The notes below the pieces were generated by a model, which was given only the letters and a program-made list of their open reading frames with translations, searched no databases and was not told the origin of the DNA. DNA of 62,913 nt, counting the filler, from Lenisia limosa (lineage: Eukaryota; Protista; Breviatea): the NCBI GenBank assembly GCA_001655205.1. It is 14 parts of 14 records of this genome, joined end to end, with 100 filler letters (N's around TTAATTAATTAA, not from the genome) between each part and the next. Parts side by side here need not be neighbours in the genome. Positions count along the whole stretch, not along the records: positions 34,914 to 40,943 come from LPNZ01011180.1; positions 41,044 to 43,209 come from LPNZ01007282.1; positions 43,310 to 46,152 come from LPNZ01001174.1; positions 46,253 to 57,715 come from LPNZ01007261.1; 10 more parts are not named here. One strand, given 5' to 3'. This document shows, one piece after another, positions 35,114-48,038 of this stretch; position 1 is the first letter of the stretch; every line of letters begins with the position of its first letter. The position numbers were made by a program, and so were the translations under genes.

Positions 35114-38100
35114 CTTGATCTCAGCGATCTTGGCGTCGTTCGCGGCCTGAACCTCCTCAACACGGGTGGCCACGCCCTCGGAGCGGCTGGTCAGAGTCTC
35201 CGGCTCGGGGTAGCGCNNNNNNNNNNNNNNNNNNNNNNNNNNNNNNNNNNNNNNNNNNNNNNNNNNNNNNNNNNNNNNNNNNNNNNNNNNNNNNNGAGAG
35301 AGAGAAGGAAACTTATGAAACAAACTAAAAAAAACTGAAAAAAAGAAGCCAAAGGAAGAAGAAAAGCAATATCAAAGTTGGAGGAAAGGCCAACCTGGGT
35401 GGCAGCACGCTCGCCCTGGGTCTTGAAAGCGGTGATTTCAGCAGCACCTGGGGGTAAAAGGGTGGGGGAGGTGTCACCAAGGTCCGTGGAATGAACATGT
35501 AGAATATCTGGCCGAAGCCGTCCTCATCGTATAACAGCACTTTTCGCCATATTTTTATGAAAGGGGCTGTGAGTTTGCTTATGTGATTTTATGTTGTTAT
35601 GAGGGCTTCACATCGGTTCGAAAAATGACTGAATTTCTCGTATTTCTTCGAAAATTATCGATATGTTACCGGTATTTTTCGAGCCAAAGTGAAGCCAAAG
35701 TGGAAATGTCTCACCTTATTGAGTAGTATTTCCGCGTTAAAGCTATTACGCCTCTGGGTAAAAGAAGAAAACATTCATCTCATACTATGTCATATTATTT
35801 CATATACTAGCAACATATTATCTCATATGATGTCAAAATGAGAAGGTATTGGGTGTTTGTGTCTGTTGTTATATGTTATAAAGCTGAGTCTTTAGTCCAC
35901 TCTGTCTCTTATAACTCTTCATGGCGTAAAAATGAATATATAATTCCATCCCAGCCTACTGGACTCGAGGGATCTGATCTGAGCCTGGCAGAGGGCAACG
36001 GATGACTCGGGTGTGACGGCATTGATGGATTCCTCCTAAATGGTAAGGCAAAATGGTTGATGAATGTAAGGGGAAACAGTAATAAAATGTCACTAAATCT
36101 GCGTAATGCTCACCTTAGTGTTAAGTCCCTCCTCAGCCTTGGTAGAAACGCGTTCGAAGTTGGCAACAAGGGTGTCACGCTTGGCCTGGGGGGTGTAAAA
36201 TTGGAGAATGTAAAAAACAAAAAAGGCCGAATCATCTTTGTTGGCTGACAACACACAAGGATTGATAACAACAAAACAAACAANNNNNNNNNNNNNNNNN
36301 NNNNNNNNNNNNNNNNNNNNNNNNNNNNNNNNNNNNNNNNNNNNNNNNNNNNNNNNNNNNNNNNNNNNNNNNNNNNNNNNNNNNNNNNNNNNNNNNNNNN
36401 NAAAAACAAGCAATAACTAACACGAGCAACCAACACCTTGGGGGGGGGGGTAAATGCATCTATTGAACCTGGAAATCGGTCCTACCAAATTCCCCCTTAT
36501 CTTACCTGGAGAGCGGTCTCGACGCGGATTTCGTTGTCGATTTCCTTCTCGCGGGCACAGAGAGCTTGCCACTTAGCCTCGAGGGTTGCGGGGGCCACCA
36601 TCTCGGTGGGGACGTAGGGCTTACGGTTGTTAACCTGTCCGGAGTGAATCGTGCCGAGGGCTTCCCTGCGATCCGAAAAAGACCGTTAAAATATCGAGAT
36701 ATTCAGTCTTTTTTGGGACCATAGAAGCCCTAATTGTGATAGACAGACAGAACTCAAAAAACAACCCGAAGCATGCAATTTTATGCGACATGATAAGAAA
36801 AGACTTGACAATTCTTATGGAAACAATCTTAGAATTAGACTCTCGACTATTCACACGGAAAACGCTCATCAGAATCCCCCCCCCCCCNNNNNNNNNNNNN
36901 NNNNNNNNNNNNNNNNNNNNNNNNNNNNNNNNNNNNNNNNNNNNNNNNNNNNNNNNNNNNNNNNNNNNNNNNNNNNNNNNNNNNNNNNNNNNNNNNNNNN
37001 NNNNNNNNNNNNNNNNNNNNNNNNNNNNNNNNNNNNNNNNNNNNNNNNNNNNNNNNNNNNNNNNNNNNNNNNNNNNNNNNNNNNNNNNNNNNNNNAAATC
37101 AACCTGGGGTGAGTGTGAGTGTATGTATTAACCCCCGCCCTCTATAGTAAATCCCGCACCCTTAAACTTCTCGGCGGCGGCGTTGACTTCGTCAGTGGAG
37201 TTGCCGAGAGGGTAGTCCTCAAACTCAGCTGTCTTGTTATCCATCCACAGGGAGAGCTACGGCGTGATAAGGGAAAATGATTGGAAGCTCCCCAGGTTAA
37301 ACTTGAAGGTTATAATTGACTGTGTTCTTCAAATACTGTTCCCTCCTTTCACCCCCCCCCCCACAGCGCCGGCNNNNNNNNNNNNNNNNNNNNNNNNNNN
37401 NNNNNNNNNNNNNNNNNNNNNNNNNNNNNNNNNNNNNNNNNNNNNNNNNNNNNNNNNNNNNNNNNNNNNNNNNNNNNNNNNNNNNNNNNGTAGTCAGCGG
37501 GTGTTGATGATAACGGGTGTGTAAACTTATAACTAGGGCTCTGTGTAAATAATTATTAATTGCACAATTTGAAGTGAGACCTATTATCATAGGAACGCCA
37601 TTTCAGACACTTTAATTTCAACTTTTGTCAATTAATTGCTTCAAAAAATCAATTACACGGAGCCCAAAACCCAACAGCAGTCATCTTGGCGTTCTCACGG
37701 CCGAAGCGGTTGAAGTACTCCGAAACCTGGGGTGGTAAATGACGCGCTGCGAATTTCAGTCCGCTACAAATCCTTTGTTTGTTTTATTAAGCGAAATAAT
37801 ATTCATTAGAAATCTAGGGAAACAAATAAATACATAGGGATCCCGTTGTTTCTCCTCTCTATTCATAACATTCCTCCAAAAAAGAGCGAAGGGAGAAGTC
37901 CCACCTGAGTCATGATGGATCTGTCGTCGGCAACCTCAACGTCCTCGGCGTCCATGAGGCGTGGAATGTCAAGCTCGTTCTCGGCCACATCGAAGGCGTA
38001 CTGGGGAGTAAAATTGGAAAAGTTATGAGAGAAAAAAAAGAAGCCCAAAATCAACTCTCATTACTGACCACACACGAAAGTTGGTAATAACAAAAACAAC

Positions 38101-40212
38101 GCTCAGGCCAGTTGCTTCGGCAACACCAGATCCCATCACTCCAGCATACGGTAAAAAGAGAAGATGGCAGAATAAAAGGTTTTGATTGGTGTACCATATG
38201 TATGATTGAGAAGACTAATTCTCCATTTTATTTGAGCCACACTGTGTAGAGAGTTGAACAAGGCCTTGAACCATTGCATACCTTGATGTTCTCAATGCTG
38301 TCGTCTCCAACTTGCTCGTAGTTGAGGAGGTTCTTACTGGAACATGAGAAGCCACATTGTTCATTTGTTGGTGTAAAGGTACTCTCTTTAGTCACCCAAT
38401 ACAAGGAATATCTCAAAATATCTTCAAAAACAAGCATAAGTGATAATAAAAAGGACCCAGCTCAGCAGGCCGCGAACAGCTTACCGATGGTAGTGGATGA
38501 GGGCGCAGAAGGCGCGGCCGTCATGCCAGGAGCTGTGGAAATTCTTGACGTTGACATCGCTGTAGCCCTGGGTGGAGTAAAATTGAAAAATTATGAAATA
38601 AAAAAAAAAAGCCCAAAATCAACTCTGTTGACTGACAACACACAAGGATTGATAACAGCAAAACAAACAAAGCCCAGACCAGTCGCTTCTGTAGCACCGC
38701 ATCCCATCACTAAGGGTCTGGATGGGGATTTGGTGGAGGCAGCAACATTTCCACCCATTGCGGCCAAGAGGTTGAATGTTTGCACAGTATGGAGTAATCT
38801 GATATTGGCTCTATGGACACTCCGCTATTTATTGACAAGCCTACCCTAATCTTATCGTACCCCAACTTACGGCAGTGCAGCGCTGGACCCAGAGGAGAAG
38901 AGCCTCCTAAAAGCAATAAGAATGCACTATAGTCTGCAACTACACTGTACATAATTGGCAATGTGAAGAACAATGCCAAGACCAAGCCAACAAACAAGCC
39001 GGGGACGGCAAATTACAGACATTTGACCCTCTTCCTTCATAGATGATGACATATCATATGCAATGAGAATGCACACAGCTTTCTGCGCGCCTCCAAAGCC
39101 ACCAACCTTAGCACTGAGATCCTCAATGGAAATTTCGGCAATAGAATAACGAAGAATGATGATCCCTGTGAGGTCAATTGGGATATAATATGGGGTGGGG
39201 GGTGGAGGGTAATGAAACAAAAAAAAAACTCTGTTGGCTAAACATTTGGGGATGCTTTTACTTTGCAATAAAGACGAAGTTACTTTTGAATTACAAAAGC
39301 CCCCACAAACAGACAAGGCCGAGGATAAGCTTGAGGTTTCCATCGCAGACATCTAAAACAGTAAGGACAGGCATCGAACCATTTGCCTTACATACAACTC
39401 TGTACACACAGTTTCCTACATGCCTATATTTATCAATCTACATAATTGATGAACCCCTTTTAAAGAACAACACAAAGACCCCTAAGGACCATGCGGCTAT
39501 TGTCAACTTATGAGAAATGACCCGCCACGTATACACGATCTTGATTGACTTACCTTCGGCACCGATTCCCTCGAGGCGAACAGACTGGCTGATGAAGTTC
39601 AGGCAAACGGAAAGGTTTTCAATCTGAATTGGTGAGCATTATTAGAATTTATTGCTTGGCCGCAACAATACCAACCTTCTGGATACGCATTCTTGGCTTC
39701 ATGTTGATCTAGAAGGTGAGAGAGGAAACAGTTAATATCACAAAAGCTGTCTAAAATTCAAACCTTGAAGCTAAGAGGCTCTCCGTTAAGAGAGGTGAGG
39801 AGATGGAAGAGCATAACACCGTCGTTGAGGTCATCCTTGAGTGTCTCAATCTTTTGTCCAGCTTTCTTCAAATGGGAGTTGACCCTGTAAATTAATAAGC
39901 ATCTAAGGTAATCCGTTCAGTGAAGTAGTCCTATCAAGGTTCACGGAAAAAAAAAAATCAATCCTTGACAATACCACCCTGCGGAATCTCACCAGTTAGT
40001 GAAAGTCTAAATTGTGAGCAAAGAAAATCCAATACAAGAATATTTTTTCTCGGAAGAACAAATCTTACTTTCTTTTGAACCTCCTCCCATTGTCTGTCAA
40101 GAAGACGAGCTCCCTCTGAAATCAATCAGAAGAAGTAACTCAGATTAAAGCAAAAAAAGAGGTATTTACTAGACAAACCTTCTTGGGGTCTGTTACGGAT
40201 ATCTTCGGTCAT
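35114..40212 (-). CDS. Alpha-actinin-like protein (CH1-CH2 actin-binding domain plus spectrin-like rod; 3' truncated)
   Basis: Spliced: [107 protein letters not shown]; rod [17 protein letters not shown]. Confidence 0.9.
35601..35698 (+). mobile_element. MITE family A, A1
   Basis: Full-length, antisense core relative to actinin. Confidence 0.85.
36186..36283 (-). mobile_element. Family C ending at actinin acceptor
   Basis: ..ttctccaattttacaccccccAG then GCC AAG CGT; 5' part masked. Confidence 0.85.
36657..36732 (-). mobile_element. MITE family A, A2
   Basis: TIRs with inverted core; actinin intron. Confidence 0.85.
37534..37666. mobile_element. MITE family D
   Basis: GGGCTC(T/C)GTGTAA..TTACACGGAGCCC TIR; homologous copy at 26207-26340. 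Confidence 0.8.
38001..38149 (-). mobile_element. Family C, full copy ending at actinin acceptor
   Basis: Minus strand: GTATG-ctggagtgatggga..ttttccaattttactccccAG then TAC GCC TTC. Confidence 0.9.
38568..38712 (-). mobile_element. Family C ending at actinin acceptor
   Basis: agtgatgggatgcggtgctacagaagcgactgg..ttttactccacccAG then GGC TAC AGC. Confidence 0.9.
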
Positions 40213-40432
40213 ACTACTGAAAAACAAAGAGCAAAAAAGTGTTTTCCCCAAAAAAAAAATCCAGTTTATATAGCCATTTTAATGGGGTGGATATAATTAG
40301 CCTTTTTGGGATTTTGAAATTTTTATTGATGGCCTTTTATGAGACATAGCTTTCGTTTTAAGTAGAAGTGATATAGTTTGAGTTTATAAAGAAGGAAGTT
40401 TCCGAAGAAAACACAGACGAGTTGTGTTTATA

Positions 40433-40613
40433 ATGGCGGATAAGGTTTGTTTGGTGCCTTCTTGGCATTTATTTTAACCAAATAGATCCAAAATGGAAGT
40501 CCACAGGCGGACGAACCTCTCCCGATAAATGGGTAAGTTGTTCATACGTCATTCTCTGACTTTCTAGAACACCCGAATACCTTCGTTTCAAAGAACAAGT
40601 CCCCTTTAAAAAG
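40433..40613 (+). CDS. 5' exons of a hypothetical gene divergent from alpha-actinin
   Basis: Three short exons splice in frame: MADK-IQNGSPQADEPLPING-TPEYLRFKEQVPFKK. Confidence 0.4.
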
Positions 40614-41259
40614 GTATGTATATCCCTCCAATGTTTTCACCAAGCGGCTTGATAGCATTTGCTTGCCGTTTTGGGGATATTTAAAAAAATCAACAAACTC
40701 AGTTCCAAGAGAACTGATATTGGACGGAGGGAGTTAGCGCTATTCTGCATGTATATTTTTCTTTCCTCATAAATGGATATTTAGCTTTAGTGTATGAGTA
40801 TTTCGTTCACTTTTTGTCATTTATTTTGTCACTGACATTCGAGGAGCATCGGCCATATTTATGTACACAGTCTGTCACTCATCTAATTTGCCTCAGGTCT
40901 CAGTTAAACCTATCCTATATAGCAATGAGAAATAAAAAAAATANNNNNNNNNNNNNNNNNNNNNNNNNNNNNNNNNNNNNNNNNNNNTTAATTAATTAAN
41001 NNNNNNNNNNNNNNNNNNNNNNNNNNNNNNNNNNNNNNNNNNNGCGGTGCGGCCATCCTAAAAGTAATCAAAACAATAACAATAAGAAGTAATCACAATA
41101 AAACAAAACAGTAACAATAAAAAGTCATCCAATAACAATAACAATCAAAAACAATAATAATAATAACAATAACAACAAAAAACAATCAAAGGTAGTCAAA
41201 AGCAATATCTAGATAACACACAATATCCCCTCCTCTCTACCCCATGTCTAGGATATAAC

Positions 41260-41354
41260 TTGGGCTTCCCTTAGGTCAAAAAATACATTTCTCGATAAAA
41301 CCTCGATAAATATCGATATTTGGACAGTCTTTCTTGGACCGTAGGGAATCCCTA
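41260..41354 (+). mobile_element. MITE family A, A2
   Basis: gggcttccctta..ggaccgtagggaatcccta; degenerate minus copy at 43575-43657. Confidence 0.8.
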
Positions 41355-41372
41355 ATTATAGTAATTACATTT

Positions 41373-41474
41373 GTGTGAAATAGTATTATTATCCAATATT
41401 TCTGATAAGAGAGATGGTTTGGACGGCTTCGGCCGGCCAGATACTATAATCTTTTTGTATTTCTCATCTCTATA
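41373..41474 (+). mobile_element. Family B, 5' truncated
   Basis: Same core; further copies at ~42850 and 43068-43150. Confidence 0.8.
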
Positions 41475-44276
41475 AGAGAAACAACTTTGTTTTATATTTC
41501 TCATTGATAGTTAACAAATAACAGGAAATCTCCCCGTACACTATCAAGAGCAGAAATATCTTCAACTTCCTTCAGCAGCTCCGCAAACTCGTTTGNNNNN
41601 NNNNNNNNNNNNNNNNNNNNNNNNNNNNNNNNNNNNNNNNNNNNNNNNNNNNNNNNNNNNNNNNNNNNNNNNNNNNNNNNNNNNNNNNNNNNNNNNNNNN
41701 NNNNNNNNNNNNNNNNNNNNNNNNNNNNNNNNNNNNNNNNNNNNNNNNNNNNNNNNNNNNNNNNNNNNNNNNNNNNNNNNNNNNNNNNNNNNNNNNNNNN
41801 NNNNNNNNNNNNNNNNNNNNNGACGAAGAATATTGGCGTTAAGGTACTAATCACGAACCGAATAATCTGAAACTCAAAACAAAAAAAAAACAAAAAAAAC
41901 AACACCAAATCACTAAACACATCATCATCTCCATAAAAATATGGAAACCATCATCCAAAACATAAAACCAATGCCATATGAGGTGTCCTAGCTCAATAAA
42001 GCCAACCATCGACGATCGCCTGATGCGCACGGGGAAGTACCGGAGGCTCGGCCTTTTTGAGCGGCTTCCGTCTAATTGCTTTCATTTGCGGCGTTTCTTC
42101 TCCTTTGATTAAGGGATAAAGGGAGCCAGCAGCATTGCAGCCTTTTGTTTTAAAAAAACTCAATTTAGTTACTTTAACTAGACTTAAACTAAAATATTGA
42201 CTCATACTCCTCTCTCTTCCACCATCCCAGTTTATATGATGAGAGTTAAAATCGTTAATATAGAGCGTTATATTATATATATTTGGTAAAGTATTGAAGA
42301 ATCGGGAAATGCGAACTGTCCTCGACCGGTAGACCAGTCTAATGCGGCTATGAAGACGAGTAAGCCCGGTAGCAGCTTTTCCGATTGTCAGATGCTGATT
42401 TGGGCGAATAATCCAGGAAATGGTCGTTCACAGCACGTCACTTCCAAGCCCATCTAAGTCCTCCATTTTGGTTACTCTTGCACCATCGCCTCTCTGACCG
42501 TTCTCAGTGGCTGCTGATGTGAAGCAGTATTCGCAGTCGTTCAATGACGATGTTCAGCTCACGGAAGTTCCAAAGCTTTCCATTGAGGTTGGTTGTCGGG
42601 TTATTTCATATGATCAAGATATGGCTGTTATGCTTTGGTGTTGGGATGGTTTTCTATCATGATGTTATTGGTATTAGAATCTTCATAATACTTGCTTTCT
42701 TGGACAATATTCCCTCAACTAGATATACGTTAAACTAGAACAACCCTTAAAAAAAAAACTGTGTACCTTCAATCCAATAGCGGCAATATAGTTGTAATCA
42801 ATATCTTATATATAATATATTGTTATTTGTTTGACAAGGACATATATTGAATTAACTAATTGGAAAGGGGAATATCTTATGAGCGTGATGATGTGGTTGG
42901 CGTTGGCCAGATACAATTTTCACCTTCTTTTCACAAAACTTACCTTTTTAGGAGGGAGAAGACGCGGTATGGCTTTTCCTCCTAACCCTCACCACAGCGT
43001 TTTCGAGCTTTCTTCTTGTTAATGGTAATGGGAGATACCGTAGTATTTGGGAGCAGAGAGCTGTTATAATAGGCAAATGATTGGGTGAATTAATATTATA
43101 CTATCATCCAATATCTCTTTTTTGTTGTGGACAGCTTCGGCCAGACACACCCAAAAATAGAACCCATACCCTCCGCCCCCGTCCCACGTACAGAATTGTT
43201 TATTGATCCNNNNNNNNNNNNNNNNNNNNNNNNNNNNNNNNNNNNNNNNNNNNTTAATTAATTAANNNNNNNNNNNNNNNNNNNNNNNNNNNNNNNNNNN
43301 NNNNNNNNNAATTCCGAAACTTGTCTCACCGGCCGCGACCGGAAGACTAATGATATCGTATAGTTCCTTGATAGTTCTCCATACTTTTGTTTTTTTGTTA
43401 ATTTGTGTACAATTTTGCTCGTTGTTTGTCGATTTTAGGTCTTCCTATGGTAACATGGTTATGTATGTTCTGTCAAATATTTATTCCGGTCTAGTTTCTC
43501 AGGTTTTTGGGTTTCGCTTAAGAAACCTGGAAACACAAGTTTGTATGAAGAAATAAGATCGTTTATCATGTAATGTAGATAAAAGACCTGTTAATATCGT
43601 TTTTTTCGAGGATTTATTAGGGAATTCAGCTTCAATTCGGAACCGTAGGGAAGCCAGAGCAATACTGTCAAATCAAAACAATGTAAAATGGGTTGGAGGG
43701 GGCACAAACAACTTTGGACAAGCAAATAAAGCCCCCCCCCCCCTGCAGTTGCTAATCTTTGTTGAAATCTTAACTACACAATGGTCGTGGTTAAGATCCG
43801 GGGTTTAAATCTGCCTGTATAAACATGATACAATAGATGACTATATGACTTATTATTTGTGTGATTTTGTAATTTTCGCGTTGCGTTGATTGCGTTGCAG
43901 ATGCTTTGTGGTTAAAAGTGGTTAATAAGTTAAAAAAAGTAAACATTTAAACATTTAAACATCTGGTTGAAACATTGATGATCTCTATTGTAGAAGAGAG
44001 CGCAGACATGGTGGATGACCAAGATCTCAAGATCACCGAAATTCCTGGGGACGCAATATTTATATCCCGAAATCATTTTCGATAGCTATCGAAAAATATT
44101 GGTAAATTCTCAAACATTTAAAACGGTTTTTTTCAGCCTGAATTATTGTAATTGTTGTTCATTATTGTAAAACCTTGATATCTCAAGGAAGATTAGTGTA
44201 ATTGCTGTGTTAGGTTTTATATTACCTATTCACTTAAGCAGAACTAGCAGCCACAGAGGTTGTAGTTTATCTTAAA

Positions 44277-45878
44277 ATGGCTTCTGTCGCAGTTAAAGTG
44301 GCAGTTCGTTGTCGCCCTTTCAATAGTATGCAGTTTATGTGACAACCCATTGCTTATATCGGCATTTTGCCACTGTTTTTTAACCAGGTGATGTTCTAAT
44401 CAATCAAGGTAGGGAAGATGGTACCGATGCATGTCTTGAACCGACATCTGAAAGGTCTATAACAATCAGAAATCCGGAATCGGGAAAGGTATTGAGGATT
44501 ATCCATCTTTGAAGTGCGTTTTCTACCGATATCTTACCGGACTTGCTCTTGGGCTTTTGTGGTGGCCATCTTGTTTTTGATGCAACCGTTCTCCTTGGCC
44601 ATTTCCCCTCACTTTTAAGGAACATCCGTTTTCTTTTGATCATTCCTACTGGATCGAGTCGAAACAGGAGACCGTCTTCGAAAACCTTGGTTTGGAGGGG
44701 GGGGGTCTCTTCTGGCCTTTTTTTTCGTGATCTACTTGCTTCTTCGAGAGGAGTCTGGTTGGCTTTGCTGTAGGGCTGTAGTATGAATTGTTTTTATTTG
44801 GGAAAGAAATATTGTTTAGAGTTAATTGTCTTTTATTGAGGCAAAGAAAAGGGGGGTTAACATATCCGTTTTGTTTTTAATGTGAGCTAACATAAATTCA
44901 TAGCTCCTTTTATTACTTCTTATTTCCACGAATTTCTTGAATTAGTTCTCCCCTGTTTCATCATCAACGTATCAGGACCTCCCTAGCAATTATTGATTAG
45001 GACTCCCCTTGTTGGATAAAGCTTTTGAGGGTTACAATGGAACAATTTTCGCCTACGGACAAACGGTGAGTGTAGAGCTTCAATTTGGTTTGAATGTAGA
45101 CTAAATTTCTCGATAAATCCTCGAAAGCTATCGATATTTTCCTTTTTTTTCGAACCAAAGTGAAGCGCAAGTTGAGTGTATTTTGAGATCGAGAAGATAC
45201 ATTTAGTACAAGGTAAATGAAAAATGCATGGGAATACCCTTTAGGAAATAAGCAGTGTTTAAAATGTATGGCATTTCGACACTTCAAGACAATATTTTCC
45301 GGTTATACTCAATTTTTCTATCGCTTATCCCAAGGTTTCCTTCTTTACCCCAATTTCAATACTATTATCACATGTCTATCCGGGAAGTTTAACAATTTCC
45401 CTTTCAAGATATAATCTTTCAGGGCTCTGGCAAGTCCTTCAGTATGACCGGTGCTGATGGCGATGGCCTTGAGGGAATTATTCCCAGAGTGAGTGGGGGT
45501 TGAATGGTTTGCACGCATCCGTGTACAGAGGTATAAGGTGGTTCAAGTGAATTTCAAATTTTAATCCCTTATCCCTGATAAGCGTTGAAACCCATTTTAC
45601 TGGTATGTGCTTAAAACATATATATCATATGTAGTAGCTATATGTATGTTACACATATTGAATGAATGATGGTGTTAGCCAGATAAAAGTATTTGTTTGA
45701 ACAATATTTGGTATTATCTTTTTGGTTGGATTTTAGAGTTTTGATCTAGTAAGTAATGCTTATATATGTATGATTGTCTGGGAATGAAGCGTTAAAAATC
45801 ACTCATTTTCTTTAGATCAACAAGGAAATGTTCCAGCGAATTGCTGACCCTCCTCCAAACAAGAGATACTTTGTTGTG
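44277..45878 (+). CDS. Kinesin motor domain N-terminal half, kinesin-3-like (3' truncated)
   Basis: MASVAVKVAVRCRPFN; HPFSFDHSYW (44619-44688); KAFEGYNGTIFAYGQT-GSGKSFSM P-loop; GIIPR. Confidence 0.9.
45075..45169 (+). mobile_element. MITE family A, A1
   Basis: Diverged full copy in a kinesin intron. Confidence 0.8.
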
Positions 45879-46099
45879 GTACATGGGGTTTTTAAATCGT
45901 GTAAATGCCCGTCCAAATATTAATTACATTTTTAATAATACAATTACTAATGTATTAACTATTAATTGTGCTGGTAAGAGCTTACAGTATATGCTATTAG
46001 CTATTGATAGGACGGGAACTTAAGATATAGAAAATTATCACAGTATTCCACTTAGCTTTGATGAGTGTTCCTGCTTTTCACTCCCCCTTCTACCATCTC

Positions 46100-46152
46100 T
46101 TGATGGGATGCGGTGCTACAGAAGCGACTGGCCTTGGCTTTGTTTGTTTTGT
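46100..46152 (+). mobile_element. Family C, 5' part in kinesin intron (cut by contig end)
   Basis: tgatgggatgcggtgctacagaagcgactggccttggctttgtttg. Confidence 0.8.
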
Positions 46153-46252
46153 NNNNNNNNNNNNNNNNNNNNNNNNNNNNNNNNNNNNNNNNNNNNTTAA
46201 TTAATTAANNNNNNNNNNNNNNNNNNNNNNNNNNNNNNNNNNNNNNNNNNNN

Positions 46253-46345
46253 GCTTATAAGATATATTGGATTATAGTATAGTATTAATTCACCCAATCA
46301 TTTGCCTTACAACTCTGTGTACACAGCTTTCTGCGTGCCCCAGCA
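46253..46345 (-). mobile_element. Family B, cut by contig start
   Basis: Reverse complement of the 5' two-thirds of B. Confidence 0.85.
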
Positions 46346-46934
46346 TTATAATAATAGCTAGATACATATATTGTCTGCGTTATTCTATATGATACATATG
46401 ATATCGTACACTGTATCATGTCATAATTCAGTGAAGTAAGAGCCAAAAACAGCATGTCAGACAGGCAGTAACAAGTTTTTTTTTTTTCACTTGAGTTTTT
46501 AAAGGACTGAATATCTCCAAATAAATATTGATATTGTACCACTCTTTTCTGAACTCCCAGTTCAATAAAGGAGATTTGGGGGTTGGGATTCTGACTCACA
46601 ATATGGATATACTGCATGTATTTGGGGAATACTATTCTTTTGCCCTTCTGGTTAAGTTTCAGATCTTCGGAGGTAGATGATTGTTCCCCCCTCCCCCCTT
46701 TTTTTGACTCATGTTCGTAGGTAAATGTGGTAGTTTTTCCTTTTCAAGACCAGCCGAAAGCTCGCTTGGTGATAAAACATTACCTTCCACCCCTACATAG
46801 TGAGTTGATTCGAATGATTTTTTTTTTTAGTAATATAATGTCGCATGCATTTCAGCGGTTCATAAATTTAAAAATCGGAGTGTAGTATTACGATCTTTCA
46901 TATCACATATCATATTATCTCATGACGTTTTTAG

Positions 46935-47230
46935 TGATAACTGGCTGGCTAAGAAGGCGAACATCAACGAAAACTATGAGTTTGTCGTGCCCATAAACGG
47001 TGAGAATTGTTTGGTTATTTTTTTTTATTTTTGGCAATTTCCTATTCTTTTTTGGGACTATTTTAACTTATACTCCAGGTTACTATCTTATCAACGCTGG
47101 TGGAGACTACCCGTAAGGGGGGGGGGGGCAAACAGTTTTTCTTCGAAATAGACCGGTATTACATTATTTTTTTTTTTCTTATTTTTCAGATATGAAATCA
47201 ATGTGAAGCTTACACAAGGCACTGATGAGT
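46935..47230 (+). CDS. Short exons of an unknown protein
   Basis: DNWLAKKANINENYEFVVPING-YYLINAGGDYP-YEINVKLTQGTDE join across GT-AG introns. Confidence 0.35.
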
Positions 47231-48038
47231 CATTTATTCGAATTGCTAACCCTGTTGACGTCAGCACCGAATCCCGCGACGCTGGTTAGTGGAGGAATTG
47301 TTTACAAACGTGACGGATATATTTTATTCACGATAAATATCTTGCAATACCCAATTGTCTCACCTAACTTTACAGGAGCAATGATTGTGATGTATTTGGA
47401 AGAAACAAACCTTGTCACTGTGAGGGGTGAAAGAATGAGTCTTTTCTTCTTCTTCTTCTTCTCTAAGGCAGTTTCTAATATATTTAGCTCTTTTCCACAA
47501 TTTCAAGTGGACAGTTTTCAGCTATGTTCCTCTCTGAGTAGCTCTTTTGTGTAAAAGACTTTGTACCTTCCAGTTTTTTTGAGGAACAATTTCTGTTCTA
47601 TTGATTTCATGAGGTGTCTAGCGCAACAACGAAATAATGAAACCTCTTATCAGCAAGTAATCAGACCTCCTCGCCTCCCTGTATGTCACAATAAGTTCAC
47701 AAGAGTGTATTAAGCGGGAGAAAAGGTTGAGAACTGAAAAAAATCATGCCGAGAATATACGTCCATACGTCACAAGAAAAATTATAAATCATTTTCCCAG
47801 GGCTGCACAATTTTTTTTAAAAAAAATCCCACAAGAAAAAAAAGAAATTATTGTTGCATTATTGAATTCAGTTGAGAAGTTGAGCTGGTTTGAAGAAAGT
47901 TGCTTGTGGAGTTTTTTTACTCTCCCTCCCTCCTCCGGATAACTGGGGTATAAAAAATCATCTCCACCCCAAACCCCCGAACCTGAGACTGAAACGCCCC
48001 CCTCCCTTGTGTTATATTTATTGCTGGCTGGAGCAAAG

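Noticed and set aside
35712-35755. Extra actinin exon [13 protein letters not shown]
   Set aside because: Has AG/GT ends but gives a stop in the phase required by the flanking exons.
44404-44780. Nested antisense gene inside a kinesin intron
   Set aside because: The plus strand here is the kinesin exon EHPFSFDHSYWIESKQETVFENL; the minus ORF is its shadow.
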